A DNA stretch of 60,766 nucleotides, the filler included, from Catajapyx aquilonaris (taxonomy: Eukaryota): assembly GCA_000934665.2 (NCBI GenBank). It is 3 parts of 3 records of this genome, joined end to end, with 100 filler letters (N's around TTAATTAATTAA, not from the genome) between each part and the next. Parts side by side here need not be neighbours in the genome. Positions count along the whole stretch, not along the records: positions 1 to 20,178 come from JYFJ02006319.1; 2 more parts are not named here. One strand, given 5' to 3'. The notes beneath the pieces were generated by a model, which saw nothing but the letters and a program-made list of their open reading frames with translations, was not told the origin of the DNA and did not search any database. Shown here one piece after another: positions 1 to 12,867 of the stretch; position 1 is the stretch's first letter; the number at the start of each line of letters is the position of its first letter. A program made the translations under genes and the position numbers.

Positions 1-3000
1 GTTTTTGCTGTAAAAGGAATTGGCTGTCAGGGAAATTGGCGGCAAAGGAAAATGTGTGTTGGCGGTAAAAGTTTTTGGCTGTCAGGCAGGCGACCCGGTC
101 TCAACCAGTAGTTGGGTCACCATGATGTGTTTTAAGGGTTAAGGGGAAGGCCTGGAAAAAGTAATAGACAGGAAGGAAAGGAAAAGAAAACCAAGAAGTA
201 AGAGAAGAACGGTAAAGAAAGAAAAAGGCAAAGAATTATTTTTTCGGGAAGTTCATCTCAAATCTACACAAGCATTGCATCTGTTTGAACATTTTATTAG
301 TAGGTAGAATAACTTTTTTGGCGATTTTCAGAGGAGTGTCTGGCACAAGATGATCTCATTGCATGATTTATTGTACGTAAATCATTCTATTGTGAAAAAG
401 TGCTGCGTGTTCATTTATAACCCATACATTAAGTACCAGACGTGCAATTACCTTATGCTCTATTAAGGGAATATTGATATTCAAGCTTCAAGGCTTCCTC
501 GATGAAAAAGGTAAAAAGTAACACCTAGAACCAGCAGCAGGCATATTAAATGAAAGGAATTTTCAGTATTCCCTAGCACTTTTAATTAGTAGCACGTCTC
601 ATTTCACAAGACTTCACTGTGATAGATCTTGGTGTGAAAGTCGGACATGCTTTACAGGAGCTCACTCCTTGAAACAGACATCAGAAAGGTGTGATTGGTC
701 TCCAACAGCTGTCCATCCGGATCCGACAAGACGTCTCCAGGTTTATCAGTTTATATGTATTTAGTGAATATGGTGAGTTTTTGCCCCACTTCAATTTCAG
801 TTCACCGATTCCATAATTATAAACTACATAATCATGAACATTGCACATATGTGTATGCCCTTGACTCTTGGGAACAGCATCGAACACTACTGTACTCACG
901 ATGATTAATACCATTCGCTCAATTATCTGGCCGGGGATCCTTTCCAAGAATTAGAATAAGTCAGACAATTATTCTTATGTCCTTGATGTGATTTAATATA
1001 AGATCCTTGCAAGCAAGAAATTAAATTGCGTGGGTTCAGAGTGTTGCAACGAATGTAAAAGGTGCTTCTCTTGGAACATGCAATATTTTCCGATGTAATT
1101 TACTTGGTGTTAAGACTTCATATGACAGCCGTAAACATCGAGGTGACAAAAATATCTGGATTACAAAATAATGCACTAAATTTTGCTAAACAAGATTCGG
1201 CACAAAACTTGGGAGATATTTTCACATAGAGTTTTCTTCAGGTTTACATAAATGTCATTTATTCCTGCTACATTATTGTCAGTTATGGATGGCCATCATG
1301 CAGAGCTTATGGCACAGCCAGGTCGGTATGTTACATAATGGAGGGATTTCTATTTAAATGAACATGCAAATTCTGGCGGCCATTGGAATTTTGAAAAAAA
1401 AATGCAGATTCCCAATATCTCTGTGTCTATTGTTGCCACTAGTTTTTCTCTAATCGTGTTGATCTACAATTCTAAAAAACCATATCAGGACAATCTTATG
1501 GGTTTGCGATGATATTGCTTTGAAGTGTCTACATGGCAAATAGGCTGCATTTACCTTATTCATAAAAGCTGTGCAACACAGTTGGCGAGTATTGGAAATT
1601 GCTACCACCCAGTAGGTGTGCATAATAATTTTATCTACAGCCAGCAACCAGTCTCTTGTACAGTATAGCTGCTAATTGTCCATATGTTACTGTTGCAAGT
1701 TAGAGCTGTATGAACTGTGCCAGACTTAGTAAGTGAAATACCTGAAAAATGTAGAAGATTGAGGGGAATGGTGAGATGGGGTGAATGAGACTTGAGAGAT
1801 CCGTTATTGCATATTTATTGACACACTGTGGTAGTGGATTAACAATAATTCAATTGGGATCTATTAGTTTGACAGCTATGCATGCTTATCTATAGGGAAA
1901 GGGGGAAGGGTTGTCCATATTCCTAAAAAAAACATCTCCATGATTGTGTAGGCCTACTACCAAGTCAATCACTGCAAAATACAAGTTGCTTGTGTTATTA
2001 ACTTGGTATGGCACATCCATCGTTTCAATTTGACATCAGGTGGTAGGTACATCCCACTATTTTGCAGCACATAATTATATTTTTCTTCCCTCAGTCTTTC
2101 ACAGTCCTTGTCAGTCTCACACTTAACATAAAACCTTCAGTATAGGCGGAATAGATCCTATGAATAACTTTTTTGCGATTTATATAAGTGTCTGGCACCA
2201 GATATCCGTACAGTACAAGCATGATTCATTCCTTATAGTGAGTGGAGTGCTGTCTGTTCATTTATATCCCACATACATTATGTTCGAGGTGTTGAAATGG
2301 CAATACCCTCCTGAATATTAATTCTAACAATATATTGCCTGGCTCTGAAGTTCAAGGGTTGCTCAATAAAAAGTACCACCTGCATGGATGACTTTGCTAC
2401 TCTCATTAGTGTATAGCACGACGTGTCAGTGCACAAAGACTAAAAGAATGTGGGTATTTTTAAATACTCATGGAGTATTGAACGTGTCCCAGCATGTGGT
2501 TGGTCAGGACACGCCCCATCATGTGCACAATGTCACTCAGGTCATCGGAGGATACCACGTTTGGGGTGACAAAATGACTGTCCTCGTCGGTGTGATTTTC
2601 TGTCTCCTGTGCAGCTCTTGGAAAGTATAGTCTATAATATATGGAAAAAGTTAACAAATGAGACAGCATAAACGGAAACGCCTCCAATATTTTCCTATAC
2701 TACGTATTTATTAACACTCGTTCCATCGCCTATTTTTATTTATATTTTCTTGATGCCTGGACCGTGGAAAGTGTTTCCATTTATTTATTTACTTCGCACG
2801 GCCTGTTTCCATGGTAATCGGCACCAAAATCCCGTTGCCATGGGCAAACAGAAAAACAAAGAAACTTTGCCTTACGTACGTAGATATTGAAGAATAAGAA
2901 AAATATGTTTATTAATTTATAGCAGCAAACCCGTGCGTAATGTCGGGTACATATAATATATTATGCTGAACTTGGTGTCAGGCAACGTACGCAGAAGTTA

Positions 3001-4136
3001 TTGAAAGCGGAGGGATATCAAATACAGTAGGCACCCTTTTAACGCCCGATCCATTTCAAGCCGTTTCACATTAACGCCGGTTTGAAAATGATATTTTAAA
3101 ATTGAAAAATACGGAAAAATAGTGAAAATCTGGTGATAGCAACACAATCTGAACATAAACACATCACTTCAACACTTCAAGTCCAAACACACGTCCATCA
3201 TAAAATAATGCTATTTTTTGGTCTTTCGTGGTTCCTCGTAGCGGGGTCTATCGATAAAATAATGCAGTGCGGTATTGTTGGTCTGGGCACTCTCCGAAGT
3301 CTACTGCAGTTCTTGCCAAAATAAGGGAAAAAAGGCCTCAGAACTATCTGACCCTTAACCTGGAACCTCCCACCATTGACCTCAAGTGTCCCAGTGGTTC
3401 AAAAGCGGTGACTAAGCAGCAATTGATGGTAATATTAATATACTGCACTTCAGTGAGTGCTTCCAATCAATGTGTTACTAGCACAGCTAATATTATTTCT
3501 GTCTAGTTTCCCCCACAGATTTGTCAGAACTGTTAGTGTCGGGTAGTTAAATTTGAAAATTACCTTATTTTTTGTCAGGGTCTTCAATAAAATTGTATGG
3601 ATAAAATTATTGCTTTTATTCCAGATTACAACGCCATTACAACGTGAAATGCATCACCTTTTCCATGAAAAATATATGCCCGTTGGTGAGTTAATTGGGC
3701 AATATAATTACAGAAGAGGACATGCAAAATAATTCAAAAGTTCACACTCTATATTTCGGTTATGAAACTTGGTGTGAAACAGTGTGAAATTTTTTATGGA
3801 TTTGTGGCCGAATACAGAGAGTATTTAAAATCATCTTTTAAGATTGGCTCTCTCTTTTAGATTGAACCGCGTAGTACGGACAGTAAAACTAGGCTACAGA
3901 GTCCTTAAGTAGGCTACTAAATCATGCAGTAGGGCCTACTGCATAAAAAATTAATGGGGACAGGTTCTTGAAAATGCTTCGTGGAAATGAGTAAATTGTA
4001 AGTTGCATTTTATTTAAACGTTTCATAACTACATTTTCCATAATACACCACAAACCTCTACGGGGGATAAGCAAAAGGCTAACAAAAGACTATAACCATA
4101 ATATTTGTGCATTATGTAACATTACTGACATGAATG

Positions 4137-5743
4137 TTATTGCATGCATTGTTCATTTGCGATTTTTTTGGCATACTCAGTATTTCTAATGTATATTTCA
4201 TCAATAACTCGTTCGCATAATTTCTGCAATTTCTCGGAAGGAAGAGTGCGGAAATCAGCAAAGAGAGAAGAACGCAGCTCCTCTGCATATTTCTTGTAGA
4301 CACGACGAAGATTCAACTCATTGTACAGTGACTTCACTCGACTCACATCATCTGGATCGTTACTTCCGTAGCATTCCTATTTTAAGAAAATAGAGCAGGA
4401 TTATAATGTTTGTTCTCTCTCTTGTTAGTCAGAATTTACCAAGGTTTGTACTTAATTATTGAATTGCGGAACTGACCTCGAGGACCTTTCGCTGCTCCTC
4501 ATTGGCAAGCTTCAAGGCAGTGACCACAAGCCAGGTGCATTTCCCTTCCTCAATGTCAGTTCCAGCCTTCCCTGTCACCTCCTCCTCTCCATAGCAATCA
4601 AGGAAGTCATTCTCAGACTGGAAAAATATTCCAGCCTTCGTAAGCACTTCTACCACTTGGCGATGGAGTTTCTCCTCGCTAATTCCAACCACGTGCATAG
4701 CTAAGGAGATTGGCAGAACGAAGCTGTAGTAGGTGGTCTTGTATTTACACATCAATGCAAATCTCTCCTGGGTGAACAGGTGGAGCCCTGGTTTGGACTT
4801 TGAAGTAGTAGTCAGGCTATCAATTGCTTGGCCAAAATTTGTGTTGCAATGCACCTGTAACAAACGACCCGAAAATATTTACATACAGTAGTATGAAATG
4901 TTCCAGTTTGAAAAACGACTTGCCATCTTAAATACGGCCAAACACTTGGTATAATACGGCTGCTTCTCGTGGTACTTCTTCAATAGGCTATAGACGGCAG
5001 CCTTCAGCAAAAAGCTGTCGTTAATTGCCTCCGAGCCAACGTGCTTGTACCAGCAAAGTTTCCCTCTGCGAGTTTCACTCCCATCCATGATGTCGTCTGC
5101 CACTAATATGGCAGCCTGCAGCTTCAGTACATGCAATCAGACGAGTTACAATTATTCAGTGACAGAAAATTATTTGACAGAATGGAATTTAAATATAATA
5201 ATAGCTCATCAGCTCAGACACCGGCATCTTTGGCATGTATAATGAGATTAATGACATTATCTCGCATAGTGTATGTTGAGTTGTTGACACTGCCCAGGTA
5301 GCACAAAAAGTTGGGTCAATATTGGACGAATGTTGGCCCAATAGGGCCAATATTGGCCCAACTTTTTGTGCTACCTGGGTGCGTTCAGAACTCATTATAT
5401 GGGCCTCACTGAATGACTTCAACCGTTTTCAGTATTTTGAATCAGATATGTAATGCAAATACGATATGGGGAATATTGTAAGAAAAAGGCTTACCAGTTC
5501 GATGCACCATCCCATGCTATAAATCAGCTTTGATTTGGTTTCATTGAAAGAGCCTTCCATCAGGTTCGTGCAGGCCATGACGAATGTGAGTGCTCTGATC
5601 ATCTTTCCTCCCACGACGTTGTAGTGAAGCACCTCTGCGTACCGTTTGGTCAAATCTGTGAGTCCAGGATGGTCAACATCTTGAGTCAGATCGTTCACCA
5701 TTTGAGAAAATAGCGAGAAAAGCTTTTCACGTTCTTCCTTCAT
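4137..5743 (-). CDS. FPPS-type trans-isoprenyl diphosphate synthase-like protein (~354 aa); exons 5743-5495, 5121-4924, 4854-4477, 4376-4137
   Basis: Spliced product has [28 protein letters not shown] (FARM), [25 protein letters not shown] (SARM), [14 protein letters not shown] and IYIR. All junctions are phase 0 and total 1065 nt. Intron 2 donor is ATG|GCAAGT. Confidence 0.93.
5293..5379. mobile_element. Palindromic MITE (CCCAG...CTGGG termini, 2-bp TG TSD; CACTA/EnSpm-like) in an intron of the IDS-like gene
   Basis: cccaggtagcacaaaaagttggg ... cccaactttttgtgctacctggg flanked by TG on both sides. Confidence 0.75.
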
Positions 5744-6081
5744 AGGATTCTTCACTACGCTGTTGCTCCTGAAATGGAAAAGTGCTGCTGTTTGTTAAAT
5801 ATTCTGGGAAAAAATAAGGACACTCAAATTGTGTTGTAATCCTTAAAATAATGTGATCGTGATGCGTAGTGATCGCTATATAGTGATGTTAGTGAACTCA
5901 CGCAGTCAATCTGGCCATTTCCTTTTCAATAACAATTTCTGCCATTCCCATTGACTTGAATGAGAACTGGAGCACGCTGAAGTCGACTGCAAATATAGGC
6001 TACACTGATGTAGCCTTATAAACAGGCTACCATTATTTCATTGTATCACAAAATTTTGAATGAAAAGTCACTGATTCTTAC

Positions 6082-6145
6082 CAGTGGAAAATCAGCAGCC
6101 GTCCTTCAAGAGGAGTCTGGAATAACTATACTCGGTGTATTTATA
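6082..6145 (-). promoter_or_regulatory. Putative TATA box and short 5'-UTR exon of the IDS-like gene
   Basis: TATAAATA on minus strand at 6145-6138, strong donor CTG|GTAAGA at 6082/6081, acceptor TTTCAG| at 5769/5768 upstream of ATG 5743. Confidence 0.5.
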
Positions 6146-6976
6146 CCACCCCCACCTTTCCGTCGCTTCTTATTATACTCTCCGAGTACAGGGACACATG
6201 TTTGCTTCACATTGTTTATGAAATTTTGCAACCAAAAGTAATTCCCTGATATACGTGACACATTTATGCCTTCACGCGTCGTTAATCTGACAAAAGTATG
6301 AATTCAACATGGTTGCTCAAAGCGAATTATGGCCTCTGATTAGCATCATCAAGTGTTGCGTCGCACTCTGACAAAATGGCGAACTCATGGGACACATTAA
6401 TGACGTCAGAGTTAGAGCCGGAAATCAAACCGTCTAAGTCAGGATCGGAAATATCATGCAGAGGACTTTATAATACTCACATGTCAGTGCATCATGAAAT
6501 GTACCAAGGCCATTGACGACATAAATTAATTCAGGCACTAAGCTATAGCACTTCATTAAGTCATCGCCAGGAATATAAAGGGGAGTGTGGCCATACAATC
6601 CAACAGAATTCTTCCTCAATTTCTTTCAAAAGCTGTGTTTTATGGCATAATAAATCATGATGCGTAGCTTGCAATCTGCAAGCAGAGTTAAATTATGATT
6701 ATTTTGACCTTTGCTATATATACTTATACGTAATGTGTTCACGTGTAGTTTAAATGAACTCCAATTACCTGGGCCCCCAGCTCCCAAACCGTTTACCCGA
6801 TTACAAAGGAACCTTTTGAGATGAATAGACTGTCGACATTAAACCGTCAGCTTGACATGATAACGGGAGTGCCATTGTTTAATAACACTGCGACAATCCA
6901 ATACAAATGGAACCCCCGATAAAGATACCCAAGCAGTCTCTAGGCCAGACGAGCTGAGGAAGGACCTGTCGTCAAG

Positions 6977-9060
6977 ATGCTGGTAATCCACGTATCTATA
7001 TACATACTTGCGCTGCTTTTCTGTGCATTCGGGTCACCTATAGTCACCCATCCGACTGGTGACCCTTTGGAGATGGTCGCCTCCTTGATTGCCACAATGC
7101 ATCGACAGAGGAACGACTGCCTACTAGTGGTTGGGCATGATTATCCGATTGTTCCGGTTGCCATTAACGACCTGGTCAGAAACATCACCACTGGAGGAGG
7201 CATCGTGGTTCCTGTCCAATGGTCCGAAACAACGGTTCTTCCTCCGCCGAATCCCAACCAAGACGGAGTCTTTGAATACTGGTTCTCCTGGCTGGAAAGA
7301 CCCACCGCCAGATGGTTAACGAACTGCGCTTTGTTCGCCTTCATCTATCACCAGGCAAGTGTATAGGCCTATCATATACGCGAATGAGCTAACTTACTTT
7401 CGAATCACGTGGTATGATATGTACAATATTTGTTACGCTTTTTCAACAGGGTCACTTCCAGTCGGTCGTGAAATATACGGCCAGCGTGGTCAGAATGAAC
7501 CCAAGATCAGATAGGTTCCTGTACTACAGCCCGGAGAACGCGGACATATCCAAGGACATGCTCAACCTGGACTACGAGTTCCTGTTCCAGACGGGACTTG
7601 TCTACGATGAGTCTGACACCTTAACCATCATCACCAACTGTCACTTCTGCAACAAAGGTGGCAGACCCATGATCGTTGAAAGAGGGACCTACAGAAAGCA
7701 AATAGGGCTGAATCCGTCTAATTTGGAGTACTTCCCGGACTACTCCAACGACCTGAATGGCCGCTATATCAATATAACGTTCTCGGTCGGATCGAGCAAG
7801 GAGGATTTAGCCTATTTCCTGGCGAACGACATGCCCGTGTTTCCTTACGTCAGAGGTTTTTACCTTGGGTGTGTCGTCCGAAACTGCGATTTTCACATCG
7901 AAGCTCCTGTGGAAGAAGCGGGCCTTGATCCTGTCCTACCAGACGGCAATTGGACGGGCCTTGTTGGCCCTATGCAACGCAAGGAGAGTGAATTAGGGGC
8001 TGCACTCTGCACAGGTGGGGTACTTGAGGTGATTGATGTCACAACCTGCTTCTTCTCCACAACAATCACTCTCTCCACCCGAACTCCTCGGCCTCTGTTC
8101 ACCTGGAGTGCAATAGCAAAACCCTTCACCCTGGACATGTGGGCCGCAATATTCTGCACAGCCATCATCGTCTGCATCTGCTTCTACTACATCCTGAAGG
8201 CGGAGTATGCCATGGGAAGAAATCCTTTTCCTGAGGATGCCACACCACCGACCCACCTCTCCTTGTACTCCCTCCGATTCTCCTTTTCTGCCCTGATTGA
8301 AGAAAACCCAAACCTGACCCCGATCGTCGACTCACTCAAGCTGCTTCTCTGCTTCTACTGGCTCTTTTGCGACCTGCTTGTCGTGGCTTACGATGCCATG
8401 TACTTCGGATTCATGGTGTCACCAGCACTTGAGCCTCTGCCTCAAAGCCTGAGGGAGATGGTGGACTGGCCCAACTGGAAGTGGGACACCATGGATTACG
8501 TCACGGATTCGACTAACATGCTGACGGAATTCTCGGAGGAAGAGTACATCAGGAAGATGCGAGCTGGGATGCAGGGAGGACAGGACATGACCAAGTGCCT
8601 GGTGAAGGCCATCGAAGAGGACTTCAGCTGCATCGCCTTCGATCAGATCCTGGATGCCATGTCCTTGCAATTCATGGACTTGGATGGTAACTTTCCTGTC
8701 CAGACCATTCCCGACTCGACTCTGTGGGTCACGGCCGGCTTCGCCGTGCCTAAGTATTCTATTCTCTTTCATTCTTTTAAGCGATATGAGCTTGGACACG
8801 TGCAATCCAACATGTATGCAAAGTTTACGAGTGATTTTGGCTATCTGATGGGTCTGGCTGCCTTGAAGGGGGCCAGGGAGAAGAATTTGTCGTATGCACT
8901 TTCCATGGCTCTCAGAATCAGTCAGTTGAAGGCTCCTTTTGCCATTCACGCAATCATCATGGGCATTGCTTTCTTAGCTTTCATTGGCGAAAACGTCAAA
9001 TTCCGCGTGGACAAAAGAAAAAAAATTGCAAGCATCCCTGGCAATACGTTACAGATTTGA
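6977..9060 (+). CDS. Divergent ionotropic receptor (IR; iGluR-related chemoreceptor), ~662 aa; exons 6977-7354, 7450-9060
   Basis: Hydrophobic signal peptide; S1 motif PDGNWTGLVGPMQRKESELG; pre-M1 KPFTLDMW; M3 LLVVAYDAMYFGFMVSP; pre-M4 LRISQLKAPF. Phase-0 intron CAG|GCAAGT...CAACAG|G. Confidence 0.9.
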
Positions 9061-9804
9061 TCAGGCGACGCGAGAAACACCTCGTAAATCTTAAAAATAT
9101 GCAGCACTTTATTCGCGGTGATGCAAGTTACACGGGAAAAATTGCTTATTCCCTTAATGCACCTTATACCTTCATCCAAAAATAGTAAAAGGCATAATTT
9201 ATTTTTGTAATGTATTTTTGTGTGCATCTATGTAAGTATTTATTATCCCATCAAATTGAATTAGTTCAATGCCTTCACTGTACATAACTACTCAAAACCA
9301 CTTCCTAACGTTCCTCTATATATAGTAGTCCATAAGAGGTTCATTTCGGTCAATTTGGGTCAATCGGTCTGGTACCTATATGCTCTTAGGCCTACATTTC
9401 CCATAAGCATCAGTGCCTTAATTTTCTTAATTGTCACTTGGCCTATTTATTAAATATTGCAGTCTTGATGGATAGTCGACACGTGTGTAAATAAAACAAG
9501 TGAATAAAACCAACGCAAAGAGACGCAAACCAGGTGCCTAATTTCCAGGATGCGTGACCACCCCTTCTCTTATTCACATAGCTATCAAGAGTTCAGCACT
9601 ATACTCGTTCAGAATTAATTATTCAGTCCAAGAAGAAAATCGCCTCAGAAATAGTGTGGCGAAATCACTCTCAATGCTCAACTGACTTAACTCCAACTCC
9701 AACATAAAGATTATTTGTAACTCGTAGGCCCTATATACTCTATAGCCGACCGAGAATTCACGTTAATGTATACTACCCACGGATATGCACTCGCTGCTTC
9801 AACA

Positions 9805-9868
9805 CTCGAGCAGTGTGTGTGTGCTGTGTAGCTCACATGCTACACAGCACACACACACACTGCTCGAG
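9805..9868. repeat. Short palindrome built from (TG)n/(CA)n arms
   Basis: ctcgagcagtgtgtgtgtgctgtgtagc...gctacacagcacacacacactgctcgag. Confidence 0.7.
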
Positions 9869-11924
9869 TCGAATCTTATTCGGAAAAAAATATTTCACCG
9901 TTGTGGGACCATGACACCCTCGTTAACTTGTCAAGCTTGGAGCTTTTTGTCTGGACTCCAATCATACGAGATGAAAGAGTCTAGTTGAAAAAGCAGCACA
10001 CTTTTTTATTATTTATTATACCTGGACCAGGATCGATAGTAAGGTGGAAAGCCTTCACCTTCCCACCACCACCAGCAGCAGAGCAACATAATGACAATTT
10101 CACGTCATGAATCATCATGCTGTCATTTTCTGATAACCAAATTAAATTTAAGGAGCCCCGCGCCGCTCTAGACGTTAGATACTCCAAAGTTATTTTTTAG
10201 GTTCTTGTTAATCAACTTCGAAAATACACATTAATTGCTTGAAAATCGTATACGTCTAAAAACAGGTCGCGTGGGAATCGGGTTTTTAAATATCTAAACA
10301 TATGTGTAAAACCTAATACTATACCATCACATGAACTGCGATGGGCTCAAAATCTGCCTTAAATATTCTGCTTGGAATACTGTACACTGTACTCCCGATT
10401 ATCCGGGTTCGGATTATCCGTGCATCGCCAAAACCAAAAAAATGTCAATGTCTCGCAAACAAAGACAGAGATTAGAGTTGATGCACATTATGCATCAGGA
10501 CCATTTATTGCTGCTTTCATTTTGCCCCAGTCCTTCGCCATGCTGTCGATGGTTGGAATAATCGCCAAGAAGCTTTTTCGGCAAATGGTAGCTATACTGT
10601 AAACAGGTCTTTGCAAAGAGTGGAGTTGAATATTTACATCGGCTCTGTCCCTGAAATACGATGTAACTTACAGCTGAGTTCTTTCCCTCTTTGATGATGA
10701 TTTCTTTACGTACATCATTTTTCCCTCCCGAGAAAGATCGTTTGCAACCAGTAGTAGATGATACATTTGTCATGACAAGTCACATGCTAAGGAAATTGTC
10801 GAAGTCGGGTTGAATGAGCATCATCGTTATTGCTCTGTGTAGAAGTGTCACATGAGGCACGTGGCACAGCACGCGAGCAAACACCACGGGGGAATAGTGG
10901 GAGGATGGTAGAGGGGGAAAGAATAAACGAACGTACAAAGGGGATCTGGGAAAACAAACAATCTATTCTCACAAAACAAGAGCGAAAGAATGGCATGAAA
11001 TCCCACAATCATCATACCACACGTCTCTCTATATAACAATCACGTGTAACAATGAATGACTCGCAGGTGTCCCCCGCCCCCTGTCAGTATCATATAATTT
11101 TGGTACTATCATCTCTATACGACACAAAGTGACATCGACAGAGCTTCAAAACCTAGTAAAGTTCATATCTGTAACTCGTTTTCAAATGAAAAGGGTGGGA
11201 CACTTTTGGGTCAAAAATAGAGTCTGGGGGGCGGGGGCGGGGGTTCGTCTTTTGTTTCTCTCCCCGGCCCTCCCGTGATTATTCCGTAATCTGCATACCT
11301 CCACATACGGTATGTATAGACAGCAGAGATTAAAACTAGATAAAAGCCATCTTTATTGTATAACCTTTCCAGTTTCCGAATAAAACAAACGCAAAGTTTC
11401 AATAGCATTTCGCAGGGGCCTATATTATTCTGTCCAACCCTTGTAAGTTACCATTAATTTTCAACGACCCAAGTTCTTGGACATGTGACGCGGGTATAAA
11501 ATGGTTGAGGGCGTGGGGAGAGCAGCCCTCGGGGGCCAATGCTGGGCAAAGGTGGAGCTTACAATAGCCTTGGACTATTATAGTCAAGGACTTTCGTGCC
11601 ATATATTGATAATCCTGTAGAACTCATAATGAAACATAATTACCCTGTTATATTATTGTCATTCTTCCACTAAATAAGTGGAAGAAAATGCTGGATGCAT
11701 CGCACAGTACGTGTGGCACAAATAGCCTAACACAATTTGGGCAATTGGGCCCAAATAGCAGTGAAAGAGAGACCAATAATGGCATCACGACGCATGCTCA
11801 TATCCCATGTTAAAAAGTAACAGACAGCGAGGCAGGAACACGAATGAATTGTGTTAGCTGAATTTATTTAGCTGCAGTGCGGCACTACATTTAGTGGGAG
11901 CAAGAAGCCAATAACTTATTAGCT

Positions 11925-12538
11925 CTTGGTGGGAGCTAATTAGTCAGCTAGCGACCTTAAAGTTAGCGAAAACAGCTAATCAGCTAGCGAAACGTTAGTT
12001 AAGCTATTAGCTGCTGTTTGAACTTGTCAATACAGTGAGCATGCGGAAGTTTATTTTCGGCCCATGGTTTCCACTCTATTAAAATAGACCAAAATGCACC
12101 AAAATTGAAAGTCTTCCTTTCAATCACTTTCAATGTCCAAAAATGTGCGGGACTTCAAGGTCATATGGCCAACAGTCACTCCCAAATGATAGAGTAAAAA
12201 TGTAAGCATAGTATCATCAGTATGTGACCAATGTGACCAATAAGGCAATTAACCTTTTTTGCTCTTTGGATTTGTTTATTACTTTTTTTACGGAACAGTA
12301 AGTAACTAAACGTGTAGCAATGTTCTCAATAGGCTTTATCAGCTTTGGTCTGTTTTTTAAGGGTCATCGGGCCAAAAAAAGGTTCCATTCCAAAATAAAA
12401 GTTACCTGTTAGCTGTTTACATTAGCTTACGCTAATTTTCTAGCCATTTAGCTTTAGCTATTTAGGAAGGTCGGATTTTTTAGTTAGCTGATTAGCTGTT
12501 AGTGAAGCCAATTTTTCGGTTAGCTGTGCCCACCTCTG
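11925..12538. mobile_element. Non-autonomous hAT-like element with many TTAGCT/AGCTAA subterminal repeats
   Basis: Right end ttagctgtgcccacctctg (reverse complement CAGAGGTGGGCAC), degenerate left end ggtgggagctaa, dense TTAGC motifs at both ends. Confidence 0.5.
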
Positions 12539-12718
12539 GTCACGGGTCATGTCTGGGTAGAGTGACCCCAATGTGACCTCTTCTCCCTCCCTGTGTACCC
12601 CCATGTCCACCACGGAAGTGTGTCCCGGCCACTATGTCTCTTGGACTAGCCTACACTAGAAGAAGAGTCTCTAGATCCTACGATCCAGGTCAGATCCTCC
12701 TCATATCTTCCCGGCCTT

Positions 12719-12815
12719 TGCGCATGCGTGTTGATCACGTGACATATGGTGTGATGCGCATGCGTCAATCATTAGCCTAGTCCGTTGGGTCCGTTGGGTC
12801 CGTTGGGTCCGTTGT
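12719..12815 (+). promoter_or_regulatory. Likely promoter of the Myb gene: two NRF1-like TGCGCATGCG sites around a CACGTG E-box, followed by a 9-bp tandem repeat (TCCGTTGGG x3.5)
   Basis: Motifs seen directly, 50-150 bp upstream of ATG 12868. Confidence 0.55.
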
Positions 12816-12867
12816 GCGTGGGTGATGCCGTCGTTGGCTCTGGGGGAAGGTCAGCAGTCCTGTTGTG

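Noticed and set aside
1..98. Repetitive ttggc(t/g)g(t/g)ca units at the window start
   Set aside because: Probably a transposon subterminal repeat, but it is cut by the window edge and cannot be classified.
4137..4154. CaaX prenylation motif on the IDS-like protein (…EQCMQ)
   Set aside because: Cys is third from the end, not fourth.
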